In this document: one piece after another, positions 44,426-53,375 of the stretch
Layout of the letters: each line of letters opens with the position of its first letter
Numbering within the stretch: the stretch's first letter is position 1
Notes under the pieces: generated by a model
What the model was told of the DNA's origin: nothing
Database searches by the model: none
The model's input: the letters and a program-made list of their open reading frames with translations, nothing else
Position numbers and translations under genes: made by a program
Assembly: GCA_020052375.1 (NCBI GenBank)
Contig: JAGVPG010000009.1
Location: forward strand, 30,192-94,191
Direction of reading: 5' to 3'
DNA: 64,000 nucleotides
Source: Actinomycetota bacterium
GTDB lineage: Bacteria; Actinomycetota; JAHEXW01; JAGVPG01

Positions 44426-45100
44426 ATGAATCGAGACAGACAGTTCAAAGATACTGTTTATGAGCAGCTTTCAAGAATAGGGAAGGCTGTATCAAGTCCA
44501 AAAAGACTTGAGCTTTTAGATCTTCTTTGTCAGGGACCGAAAAAAGTCGAGGTGCTGGCCAAGGAAACAGATCTATCAGTCGCAAATACATCTCAACATC
44601 TTCAAATACTTCGGGGCGCCAGTTTGGTGGAGAGCCGTAAAGAGGGTCTTTATGTTGTATATAGAATTGCTGATTCCGATGTCTGTGTTTTTTTTCGAAG
44701 CATGCGGATGCTTGCGGGAAGAAGGCTCGCGGAACTTGAACTTACAGTACAGCGCTTTCTTAAAGAACGGGAGGGGCTTGAAACTGTTGACCGGGAAGAA
44801 CTTCTCGAACGTGTCCGGCATAAGAGTGTGACAGTCATCGATGTCAGACCCCCGGAGGAGTATGAGGCCGGCCACATCCCGGGAGCTCTATCGATCCCGC
44901 TAAAGAAACTCCAGTCAAGGTTGGCCGAAATACCCAAAGACCGGCAAATCGTCGCATATTGCCGGGGACCTTACTGTGTACTGGCAGTCAAAGCCGTTGA
45001 TATCCTTCGCTCACAAGGATACAAAGCGATACGGCTGGAAGACGGTGTACCCGACTGGCGCGCACGAGGTTTCAAAGTGGCAACCGGAAGTAATAAGTAA
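44426..45100 (+). CDS. ArsR-family HTH fused to rhodanese domain
   Basis: HTH (VEVLAKETDLSVANTSQHLQILRGASLV). Rhodanese (VIDVRPPEEYEAGHIPGALSIP...VAYCRGPYC, active-site Cys). Confidence 0.8.
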   Translation: MNRDRQFKDTVYEQLSRIGKAVSSPKRLELLDLLCQGPKKVEVLAKETDLSVANTSQHLQILRGASLVESRKEGLYVVYRIADSDVCVFFRSMRMLAGRRLAELELTVQRFLKEREGLETVDREELLERVRHKSVTVIDVRPPEEYEAGHIPGALSIPLKKLQSRLAEIPKDRQIVAYCRGPYCVLAVKAVDILRSQGYKAIRLEDGVPDWRARGFKVATGSNK

Positions 45101-45136
45101 TCGGATTCTTAGATCACCCTTAAAAGGAGACTTAAA

Positions 45137-45658
45137 ATGGAAAAAACATTGTATATGCTTCTATTGGCCGCCCACAACATCGCGGCTGTCCTATGTGTGG
45201 CCGCTCCTTTTTACATGTCACGCATCTCAAATGCGCGGTCAAAGTATGACAAGCGGGTCATATATGATATGGACCGCCTCATGGAGGATGTTATAACCAC
45301 ACAACCTCAGATCTGCTGGGCTGCTCTTATCACGCTGGTTATTACGGGATCCGGGTTCCCGTTTGTTCACTATCTTTTTTACGGTGCGTTCAAGGAATTG
45401 ACTATGATCGGTTGGATAGCGCTAGCAGTAAAGCTGTCTGCAATTGGTGGTATGGCGTTTATACTTTACTGGGGCACGTTTATCTACAATCCCAGATTAA
45501 AAGACTTATTCGCTAAGTTTGAACCGGATAGCAAGCCGGATCCCGACATTGAACAAGAGTTTTTTGCCTTGCGCAAACTAAGGAAGTTCTGGTGTGAACG
45601 CTGCTGGAATCTCGGTTTGATCGTTCTTGTGGCTACTGCGATCCTAAGATGGAGTTAA
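45137..45658 (+). CDS. small integral membrane protein (4 TM), paralog of 43218-43733
   Basis: Hydropathy by eye; paralogy described above. Confidence 0.55.
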   Translation: MEKTLYMLLLAAHNIAAVLCVAAPFYMSRISNARSKYDKRVIYDMDRLMEDVITTQPQICWAALITLVITGSGFPFVHYLFYGAFKELTMIGWIALAVKLSAIGGMAFILYWGTFIYNPRLKDLFAKFEPDSKPDPDIEQEFFALRKLRKFWCERCWNLGLIVLVATAILRWS

Positions 45659-45662
45659 GACT

Positions 45663-45986
45663 TTGAAACTGGCGATTGTAATTTCTAATGATGATCCTGA
45701 AACCATCTGGAATGCATTCCGCTTTGCAAATTTTTCTATTAGTAAAAGCGAAAAAGTGAGAGTGTTTCTATTAGGAAAAGGTGTGGACTACGAGGGCCTT
45801 TCGACAGAGCGATTCGATCTGCTCGAGCAAGCCAAAAAGTTCGTAGAATCAGAAAATGCGGAAATACTTGCCTGTGGTACGTGTCTTAAGATCAGACATC
45901 AGGAAAGTACCGGACTGTGCCCGGTTTCTACTATGGATGATCTGTATGAGCTAGTGAAGGAAAGTGACAAGATCCTGACTTTTTAA
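45663..45986 (+). CDS. DsrE/DsrF/TusD-like sulfur-relay fold protein
   Basis: 107 aa, MKLAIVISNDDPETIWNAFRFANFSI...ACGTCL; resembles the YchN/DsrE family. Confidence 0.45.
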   Translation: MKLAIVISNDDPETIWNAFRFANFSISKSEKVRVFLLGKGVDYEGLSTERFDLLEQAKKFVESENAEILACGTCLKIRHQESTGLCPVSTMDDLYELVKESDKILTF

Positions 45987-46005
45987 GAAATTATCTAAAG
46001 TTATC

Positions 46006-46040
46006 TTGACGTTGTCCGAATTAGTAACTATCGTTACTAA
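46006..46040 (+). promoter_or_regulatory. promoter (-35 TTGACG) with perfect 8-4-8 palindrome operator TTAGTAAC-TATC-GTTACTAA
   Basis: Read directly. The palindrome 46021-46040 overlaps the predicted -10. RBS AGGAGAA and ATG at 46057. Confidence 0.5.
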
Positions 46041-46056
46041 TTGTAGACCAGGAGAA

Positions 46057-47325
46057 ATGGTGAATATCAGAAATATTTCGGACATTAACGGCACTTTACA
46101 TGAACAGAAAACAAACGGGATGCAATGGACTCTCGAACCACGCGTCGAGAAGACTCTCGACGCTCTGCCTTTCAATGTCTTGCTGTTGGATCAGGATCAC
46201 AAGATCGTCTGGGCGAATAAGGCGGTATCGCAGATACTGGGCCTCCGCACCTCGGCTATAGTCGGTAATCAGTGCTTCAAGATCGTACACGGCAGAGAAA
46301 AAGTGCTTGATAACTGTCCGATGGAAGAAGCGATCCGTATTGGCCGGCCTGTCGAATGTGAGTTGCTGGATGAAGAATCGGGCCGGCTGACACATTCGGC
46401 TGTATACCCGACAAAGCTCATGACCGGCAACGGGCAAAAGATATACCTGCACGCCACGAGGGATATAACCGAAAGACGGATCGATGTCGATCAAGCTTGC
46501 GAAGGCGAGACGATCCTGCAGAAGTTATGCGCCGGCGCGCCGCTCATCGTGCGAGAAGAAGACTTTTCACGAGTTAAATCATATATGGACGCACTCCGGA
46601 GCAAGGGCGTCAGCGACCTCATCGCGTACTTTAAAGAGCACCCCGAAGTAGTCGCGCATTGCGCGTCGATGGTGGAAGTACTGAACGTGAACAAACCGAA
46701 CCTGGCTTCGGATAAAAAGAACGACCATGATCTGTTCATGGTAGACCTCGGCGGTTTTATCTCACGCGATTCGTACGGGACTTTCTGGGAGGAACTGGTC
46801 GCCATATCTGAAGGGCAAGACCGGTTCGAGGGCGAGACCAGCACGCTGTCACTTACCGGCGAGCAACGCGATATACTGGTCAAATGGGCTGTCTTGGACG
46901 GTCATGAAAACACGTACGCGCGAGTCCTTGTGTCTATAATCGATATCACGGGTATAAAGCAGGCGCAAAGGTCCCTAACGCTCGAACACCGCCATATGCT
47001 GTCATTATTCGATAGAGTCACCGATAAGGTATACTTCAGCGATCCGGAGACGGACGAGATCCTGTATATCAATGATGTATTGAGAGAGAGATTCGGCGAC
47101 GTCGTAGGGCAGAAGTGTTACCGCGCGTTTCAGGGCAAAGAAGCTCCATGCGAGGCATGCACAAACCCCGAGATCTTCGACAAGAACCTGTATATGCCGG
47201 TCGTGCGGGAACTCAAGAACCCGCTGGACGGCCGCTGGTATAGATGTGTCTCAAAAGCCGTCAGATGGCCGGACGGCAGACTGGTCAGATTCGCCACCGC
47301 TACGGATATCACAGACGAAAAATAA
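46057..47325 (+). CDS. PAS-domain sensor protein (no recognisable output domain; C-terminal C-x10-C-x2-C)
   Basis: LPFNVLLLDQDHKIVWANKAVSQILGL (PAS); a second PAS-like region; C-terminal CYRAFQGKEAPCEAC. Confidence 0.65.
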   Translation: MVNIRNISDINGTLHEQKTNGMQWTLEPRVEKTLDALPFNVLLLDQDHKIVWANKAVSQILGLRTSAIVGNQCFKIVHGREKVLDNCPMEEAIRIGRPVECELLDEESGRLTHSAVYPTKLMTGNGQKIYLHATRDITERRIDVDQACEGETILQKLCAGAPLIVREEDFSRVKSYMDALRSKGVSDLIAYFKEHPEVVAHCASMVEVLNVNKPNLASDKKNDHDLFMVDLGGFISRDSYGTFWEELVAISEGQDRFEGETSTLSLTGEQRDILVKWAVLDGHENTYARVLVSIIDITGIKQAQRSLTLEHRHMLSLFDRVTDKVYFSDPETDEILYINDVLRERFGDVVGQKCYRAFQGKEAPCEACTNPEIFDKNLYMPVVRELKNPLDGRWYRCVSKAVRWPDGRLVRFATATDITDEK

Positions 47326-47352
47326 GACAGAACGAAAAATCCGCATTTCTTG

Positions 47353-47411
47353 TTGACACTGTTCCCGCATCGATGTATTATCAGTATTATCAGAATAATC
47401 AGTAACTACTG
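47353..47411 (+). promoter_or_regulatory. sigma70-type promoter (TTGACA-17-TATTAT) followed by triple direct repeat (T/A)ATTATCAG
   Basis: TTGACA 47353-47358, TATTAT 47376-47381, then repeats TATTATCAG/TATTATCAG/AATAATCAG/TAACTACTG at 47376-47411. AAGGAG RBS and ATG at 47428. Confidence 0.55.
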
Positions 47412-47427
47412 TCTTAAGGAGTGTGCT

Positions 47428-47667
47428 ATGAAATCAATAAACGGGTGCTGTAGCGTTGACTCCGTCGTCTCGGTCGACGCCAGGGGGCAGATGGTCCTGC
47501 CGAAAGACCTTAGGGACAAGGCAGGCATAAAGGAAGGAGACAAGCTGGCGCTTGTGAGCTGGCAAAAAGATGGCAAGATCTGCTGCATAATGATGCTCAA
47601 AGCGGATGAGTTCTCGGATATGGTAAAAGAAGTGTTGGGCCCTATGTTGAAGGAGGTAAAGAAATGA
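47428..47667 (+). CDS. small SpoVT/AbrB-like swapped-hairpin protein with two Cys pairs, first gene of arsM operon
   Basis: VVSVDARGQMVLPKDLRDKAGIKEGDKLALV; CC at residues 7-8 and ICCIMM. Strong SD. 4-nt overlap with arsM. Confidence 0.6.
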   Translation: MKSINGCCSVDSVVSVDARGQMVLPKDLRDKAGIKEGDKLALVSWQKDGKICCIMMLKADEFSDMVKEVLGPMLKEVKK

Positions 47668-48497
47668 AAGACGAAGATATAAGGAAAAGCGTACGTCAAG
47701 GCTATGGGAGCATTGCGAAAGATCAAGGTTCATGTTGCGGCCCACAGGCCGGGTCATGCTGCGGTCCACAGACGGTTTCGCAGGAAACAATAACCAAAAA
47801 CATCGGATACAGGGACGAAGATCTGCAAGGTGTCCCGGAAGGCGCGGATCTCGGTCTCGGCTGCGGTAATCCCATAGCTCTGGCGTCTCTAAAAGAAGGA
47901 GAGACGGTCGTCGATCTGGGTTCAGGCGCGGGCCTGGACTGCTTTATAGCAGCAAGGCAGGTGGGAAAGAGCGGTAAAGTGATAGGGATAGATATGACCG
48001 TAGAGATGATCGAAAGAGCACGAGAGAACGCGACAAAAGGCGGGTTTGATAATGTCGAATTCAGATTGGGCGAGATCGAGAACCTTCCCGTCGCGGATGA
48101 TGCCGCCGATATCATCATCTCGAACTGTGTCATCAACCTGTCCCCGGACAAAGATAGGGTATTCGAGGAATCTTACAGAGTCCTGAAGCCGGGAGGAAGG
48201 CTGATGGTATCGGATATAGTCTTGATGAAAGAGCTGCCGGCACGGATCAGACAATCGATCCAGGCGTATATCGGGTGCCTCTCGGGAGCGGACATGAAAA
48301 GCGAATACCTGCGGAAGATCGAACACACGGGCTTTCAGGACGTCCGGATCATGGAAGAAAATGTTTTTCCGGTAGATCTGATGCAGAACGATCCGACCGC
48401 ACAAGCCCTCTATAAGGAACTTGCGGTCACACCGGAGGAACTGGAAAAACTGCAAGACGCCATAGTCAGCATCAGGGTGTCTGCCAAGAAACCATAG
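47664..48497 (+). CDS. arsM: arsenite S-adenosylmethionine methyltransferase
   Basis: N-terminal CCGPQAGSCCGPQ; VVDLGSGAGLDCFIAARQVG; NCVINLSPDK; conserved Cys (CLSG). Confidence 0.8.
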   Translation: MKDEDIRKSVRQGYGSIAKDQGSCCGPQAGSCCGPQTVSQETITKNIGYRDEDLQGVPEGADLGLGCGNPIALASLKEGETVVDLGSGAGLDCFIAARQVGKSGKVIGIDMTVEMIERARENATKGGFDNVEFRLGEIENLPVADDAADIIISNCVINLSPDKDRVFEESYRVLKPGGRLMVSDIVLMKELPARIRQSIQAYIGCLSGADMKSEYLRKIEHTGFQDVRIMEENVFPVDLMQNDPTAQALYKELAVTPEELEKLQDAIVSIRVSAKKP

Positions 48498-48584
48498 GTC
48501 TTATCCCTTTGTAACATTTATTACTTAAGAGTTCGTCCGAAAGACCGAAGTATATATATGTAAGATGAATGAGAGGTTGATCGG

Positions 48585-50492
48585 ATGAGCGCACAAAAAG
48601 TAAAATCGCCGACAATTAAACAAAAAAAGATGCATACATATACCCTTGCGAGCGGCAATGGGCACATCAAGTCGGGTGTTCAAGAGTTGATCGACTCTCT
48701 ACCTTTTTACGTCTTTCTGGTCGACAGCGACCACCGCATAGTCATGGCCAATGACAAGATCCGCGGTGCTTTGGGTGTCGAGCCGGAGACCATAACGGGC
48801 ATGTATTGCCCGACGGTCGTACATGGCTTGGACGAGCCCTTTCCCGGTTGTCCTCTGGAAGATGCCGTTTTTACAGGTAAGGCAGTCGAGAAAAGGCTTT
48901 ACGATAAGAAAATCGGAAGTTGGACATTGTCAGCCGTTTATCCTACAAGCTTTAAAACGGACGAGGGGAAAGCCGTCTTTCTGCACACCGCGAGGGATAT
49001 AACAAACGTCGTGCGGAACGAGGAAGAGAATAAACTGAAGGCGCAATTACTGGATGCATCGACGGACTCGATATTCGTGGTCGATAACAATGGCCGTTTT
49101 CAGTACATGAACGATACTACCTTTAAGACCAGGGGTTATAAAAGCAAAGAAGAACTTATGTCTAAACCGCTGAAAGACCTCGATACGCCGGAATTCGCAA
49201 AGCTGATAGACCAGCGTATCAAACAGATACTCGAGAAAGGCGAAGCGACGTTTGAAACCGCCCATTATCGAAAAGACAGATCTGTTATGCCGCTGGAAAT
49301 ACACAGCAAAGTCATCGACTACAACGGGCAGAAAAGTTTCTTAAGCGTCGCCAGGGATATAACCTCAAGAAAAGCGGCCGCGGAAGAGCTCATTAGAAAC
49401 TACGACATTCAGCGTGTCATAAACAAGCTTTTAAGTCTGTCGCTGGAAGACGTCCCTTTGGAAGATATCTTAAGACAAGCCTTAGATATGATCCTCGCGA
49501 TACCATGGCTGGTGTCTCAGTCGAGGGGTAGCATCATGATGGTCGAAGACGAACCCGGTGTGCTCGTCATGAAAGCCCAAAACGGGCTCGCCGAACCGAT
49601 CAAGAAGGCATGCGCAAAGGTCCCGTTCGGCCGCTGCATGTGCGGCCTTGCGGCCAAGAATAAAAGGATCGAGTTCGCGGACGCGCTGGATAAAAGGCAT
49701 GTCACGACATACGAGGGGATATCTCCTCACGGACATTATTGCGTACCCATCATGTATTCCGACAGAGTGCTCGGGGTGATCAACGTCTATACGAGAGAAG
49801 GTCATCAGCGGAACCAGCGGGAAGAGGAATTTCTAAGCTCGGTCGCCAATACACTGGCCGGTATAATCATCCGCAAAGAAGACGATGAGATGCTCAGCCG
49901 GACTCTGAAGAGTCTGGAGATGACGATCGAAGGGACCGTCCAGTCGATGGCCCTGGTGGTCGAGACCAGGGATCCTTATACGGCCGGTCACCAGCGGCGG
50001 GTGGCGGATCTTTCGGTCGTAATCGCTAAGGAGCTCGGTTTGCCGGAAGATGAAACGGAAGGCATAAAGACGGCGGCGACCGTTCACGATATCGGAAAGA
50101 TAAACGTTCCCGCGGAGATCCTCACCAAGCCCGGGCGTTTGACAGATATCGAGTTCGGTATCATAAAGACGCATGCTGGAGCGGGATATAATATCCTCAA
50201 ACATATCCAGTTCCCATGGCCCGTCGCCATGATGGTGTTACAGCATCATGAAAGACTGGACGGCAGCGGTTACCCGCATCGCAGAAAAGCCAAAGACATA
50301 ATCAAAGGCGCGAAGATTCTGGCTGTAGCCGATGTCGTGGAAGCAATGTCGACTCATCGCCCGTACCGTCCCGCGCTCGGGGTAAACACAGCTCTGGCAG
50401 AGATCAAGAAGAACAAAGGCAACCTCTATGATGCCGAAGTCGTCGACGCGTGCGTGAAGGTCTTCAAGCGCGGCTTCACCTTCCACGAATAA
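48585..50492 (+). CDS. PAS-PAS-GAF-HD-GYP c-di-GMP phosphodiesterase (copy 1)
   Basis: HD-GYP: TVHDIGKI, HHERLDGSGYP. GAF-like segment with CMCG. Two PAS. Confidence 0.85.
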   Translation: MSAQKVKSPTIKQKKMHTYTLASGNGHIKSGVQELIDSLPFYVFLVDSDHRIVMANDKIRGALGVEPETITGMYCPTVVHGLDEPFPGCPLEDAVFTGKAVEKRLYDKKIGSWTLSAVYPTSFKTDEGKAVFLHTARDITNVVRNEEENKLKAQLLDASTDSIFVVDNNGRFQYMNDTTFKTRGYKSKEELMSKPLKDLDTPEFAKLIDQRIKQILEKGEATFETAHYRKDRSVMPLEIHSKVIDYNGQKSFLSVARDITSRKAAAEELIRNYDIQRVINKLLSLSLEDVPLEDILRQALDMILAIPWLVSQSRGSIMMVEDEPGVLVMKAQNGLAEPIKKACAKVPFGRCMCGLAAKNKRIEFADALDKRHVTTYEGISPHGHYCVPIMYSDRVLGVINVYTREGHQRNQREEEFLSSVANTLAGIIIRKEDDEMLSRTLKSLEMTIEGTVQSMALVVETRDPYTAGHQRRVADLSVVIAKELGLPEDETEGIKTAATVHDIGKINVPAEILTKPGRLTDIEFGIIKTHAGAGYNILKHIQFPWPVAMMVLQHHERLDGSGYPHRRKAKDIIKGAKILAVADVVEAMSTHRPYRPALGVNTALAEIKKNKGNLYDAEVVDACVKVFKRGFTFHE

Positions 50493-50627
50493 CCGGTAAG
50501 AAGTGAGTATCTCAAGATTGTAACGATTATTACTTGATTATCTAAAAAACAACTGCTATATGTAAGATAATCTATTTTGTTATTTGCAGTTTATGTAGGT
50601 CTGTTTATATAGATGAAAGAAGAATGA

Positions 50628-52490
50628 TTGAAGAATAAACACGACATCGAAGCAGATAACACACTAAAAGCTGACCTCCTGGATGCTACAATGGATTCCA
50701 TCTTTGTATCCGATCTTGATGGGAATGTTCTTTACGTCAATGATACGGCATACAAAACACGAGGTTATAAGGACAAGAACGAGCTTATCGGCAAGAACCT
50801 CAATCAGCTGCTCGTACCCGAATACGCGAAGCTTATAAAGTCACGAATAAAAGAGATCCTAAAAAAAGGGGAAGCGACATTCGAAAGCGAGCACTACCGG
50901 AAGGACGGGTCAGTCATCCCGGTGGAAGTCCACAGCCGGGTCATCGAAAGCGCCGGACAAACCCTGTTACTCAGCGTTAATAGAGACATATCCGCACGAA
51001 AAGAATCAGAGCAGAGATTCTTGGAAGAAAAGGGTTTGACGGAAGCGGTTATGAACAGCCTGCCCGGCATCTTCTATCTGTTCGATCCGGCGGGCAACAT
51101 GGTGCGGTGGAATAAGAACGTCGAGAAGGTATTCGGTTACAAAACCGGACAGATAAAAGACATGCGAGCTCTGGACTTCGTGCCGGCGCACTTCTTAGAC
51201 TCCGTGACTATGGCGATACAAGAAGTCATATCAAAGGGGAACGTCACGGTCGAAGCGGAGTTGATGGCAAAAGACGGGACGTGCCTGCCGTTCTTTCTAT
51301 CAGGCTCGCTACTCCGGACGAAGGACGCAATATATGTAATCGGTACGGGCATAGACCTGAGCGAGAAAAGGCAAGCGGAAGAAAAACTGGAAAGAAACTA
51401 CGACATCCAGCGCGTCATCAATACGCTGCTAAGTCTCTCGCTGGAAGATGTGCCTTTAGACGAGATCTTGCAGCGGACTCTGGACCTTATCCTGTCCATC
51501 CCGTGGCTTGCTTTCGAGCACAGGGGTGCCATATTTATTGTCGAAGATGCGACAAGAACGCTTGTCATGCGGGCCGAGAGCGGCCTTGGAGAACCTCTTT
51601 CCCTGGAATGCGCAAGGGTACTGTTTGGCCACTGCCTTTGCGGCCGGGCTGCCTTGCATAAAAGAATAGAGTTTGCATCGCGGATAGTTAAAAGACATAC
51701 CGTAAGGTATGAAGGCATGACTCCCCACGGGCATTACTGTGTGCCGATAGTCTCGTCCAGTCGCGTGCTCGGCGTCATCAATATATATACGGATGAAGGC
51801 CATAGGCGAAGCCAGCGCGAAGAACAGTTCCTGACGGCTGTGTCCAATACGATCGCGGGCATCATAATACGCATAGAAGAAGACGAAAAACTAAAACAGA
51901 CGATGGAGGAACTCGAGGAGACCATAGAAGGAACGATCCAGGCGATGGCGATGACTGTAGAGACACGGGATCCATATACTTCCGGGCATCAGGAAAGGGT
52001 GGCTCTCTTGACAAAGGTCATCGCTGAACAGCTCGGCCTGTCCGTGCATGAAGTCGCGGGCATATACACGGCGGCGCTTATACACGACATAGGGAAGATA
52101 AGCGTTCCGGCCGAGATCCTGACAAAGCCGGGACGTTTATCTAAGTTCGAGTTCAATATAATCAAGACGCACTCGGAATCCGGACACACTATCCTGATAA
52201 AGATCAAATTCCCATGGCCTATCGCGCAGATAGTGCTGCAGCATCATGAACGGATCGACGGCAGCGGCTACCCGAAAGGACTCAAGGGTGATGAGATCGT
52301 CCTTGGTGCCCGGATAATCGCCGTAGCCGATGTGATCGAAGCGATGGCCTCACATAGGCCTTACCGGTCCGCAATCGGTATAGACCTTGCTTTAAAAGAA
52401 GTGACGGATAACAAAGGCAAGCTGTATGACGCCGAAGTCGTCGACGCGTGCATGAAGGTCTTTAACCACGGCTTCACCTTCCACCAATAA
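50628..52490 (+). CDS. PAS-PAS-GAF-HD-GYP c-di-GMP phosphodiesterase (copy 2, tandem paralog)
   Basis: LIHDIGKISVPAEILTKPGRL, HHERIDGSGYP; collinear with copy 1 from the second PAS onward. Confidence 0.85.
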   Translation: MKNKHDIEADNTLKADLLDATMDSIFVSDLDGNVLYVNDTAYKTRGYKDKNELIGKNLNQLLVPEYAKLIKSRIKEILKKGEATFESEHYRKDGSVIPVEVHSRVIESAGQTLLLSVNRDISARKESEQRFLEEKGLTEAVMNSLPGIFYLFDPAGNMVRWNKNVEKVFGYKTGQIKDMRALDFVPAHFLDSVTMAIQEVISKGNVTVEAELMAKDGTCLPFFLSGSLLRTKDAIYVIGTGIDLSEKRQAEEKLERNYDIQRVINTLLSLSLEDVPLDEILQRTLDLILSIPWLAFEHRGAIFIVEDATRTLVMRAESGLGEPLSLECARVLFGHCLCGRAALHKRIEFASRIVKRHTVRYEGMTPHGHYCVPIVSSSRVLGVINIYTDEGHRRSQREEQFLTAVSNTIAGIIIRIEEDEKLKQTMEELEETIEGTIQAMAMTVETRDPYTSGHQERVALLTKVIAEQLGLSVHEVAGIYTAALIHDIGKISVPAEILTKPGRLSKFEFNIIKTHSESGHTILIKIKFPWPIAQIVLQHHERIDGSGYPKGLKGDEIVLGARIIAVADVIEAMASHRPYRSAIGIDLALKEVTDNKGKLYDAEVVDACMKVFNHGFTFHQ

Positions 52491-52503
52491 CAAAGGAGGA
52501 GTT

Positions 52504-53313
52504 ATGAGCGGGTCAAAAAGGGGTTTGATCATCGGTATCATCGTTCTGGTCGTACTCGCATTGGCGGCCGGCAGCGGGATCGGTGCCTATCTGCTGCTAA
52601 GTAAAGGAAAACAGGTGTCAGCGTCGACCCTGAAAAGCCGGACCGACAAGATGAAAGCGGATGCGGATAAACTGGCAAAAAACGTCGACTCGATGGAGAA
52701 CGGACAGACGTCGACGACCGGTGAAGAAACGACGGAAACAAGCCAGGCAACGGAGACCACATCGACTTCCGAAGAAGAGGCATATATACAAGAACTGGAA
52801 ACGACGGTCACGGAGATGGACCAGTATTATCAGGAGACGATAGCTCTTCTTCAAGAGACGGAAGACGAGCTGAACGCGCTCAATGAATCCATAAACGAAC
52901 TCAACCAGACGGGACAGGAGCTTGAAGCGGACCTCGCTCAAGCCCTTGCAATAGCCGAGGAAGCGCAGACGACGGCAGAGACAGCGATCACTCAAGCAAA
53001 CGCTGTCACTACGCAGTTCAAAAGCTCACTGGAACAGGCAAAGGAACTGGTCAAAGCAAGAAAAGAACTGTGGCAAGCCGAGAAAGACGGCAATCCGGTC
53101 AAGATCAAACTGGCCGAGAACAGACTGTCGGATGTTATATCGCAAGCCGGGCAGGCGCTGGCGTCATTAGATAAGATCGGCGGCGGCCAGGGTTTTGTAA
53201 ACAAGTTCTTTGCACAGGTCCCTGACTATATGAGCCGCATAGGTGGGTTCAGCGCGATGAAGGACAAGTTCAAAACCGGACTTCCGAAGCCGAGCATCCC
53301 GCGGCGTCCTTGA
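52504..53313 (+). CDS. hypothetical membrane-anchored coiled-coil protein with acidic T/E-rich linker
   Basis: N-terminal TM (LIIGIIVLVVLALAAGSGIGAYLLL), TTGEETTETSQATETTSTSEEE, long helical heptads. Confidence 0.55.
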   Translation: MSGSKRGLIIGIIVLVVLALAAGSGIGAYLLLSKGKQVSASTLKSRTDKMKADADKLAKNVDSMENGQTSTTGEETTETSQATETTSTSEEEAYIQELETTVTEMDQYYQETIALLQETEDELNALNESINELNQTGQELEADLAQALAIAEEAQTTAETAITQANAVTTQFKSSLEQAKELVKARKELWQAEKDGNPVKIKLAENRLSDVISQAGQALASLDKIGGGQGFVNKFFAQVPDYMSRIGGFSAMKDKFKTGLPKPSIPRRP

Positions 53314-53375
53314 ATGTTCAGAAGTTAGCCAGTAGAATAGATACGGTAATGTTTTCAAGCCAAGAGAGGATATAG

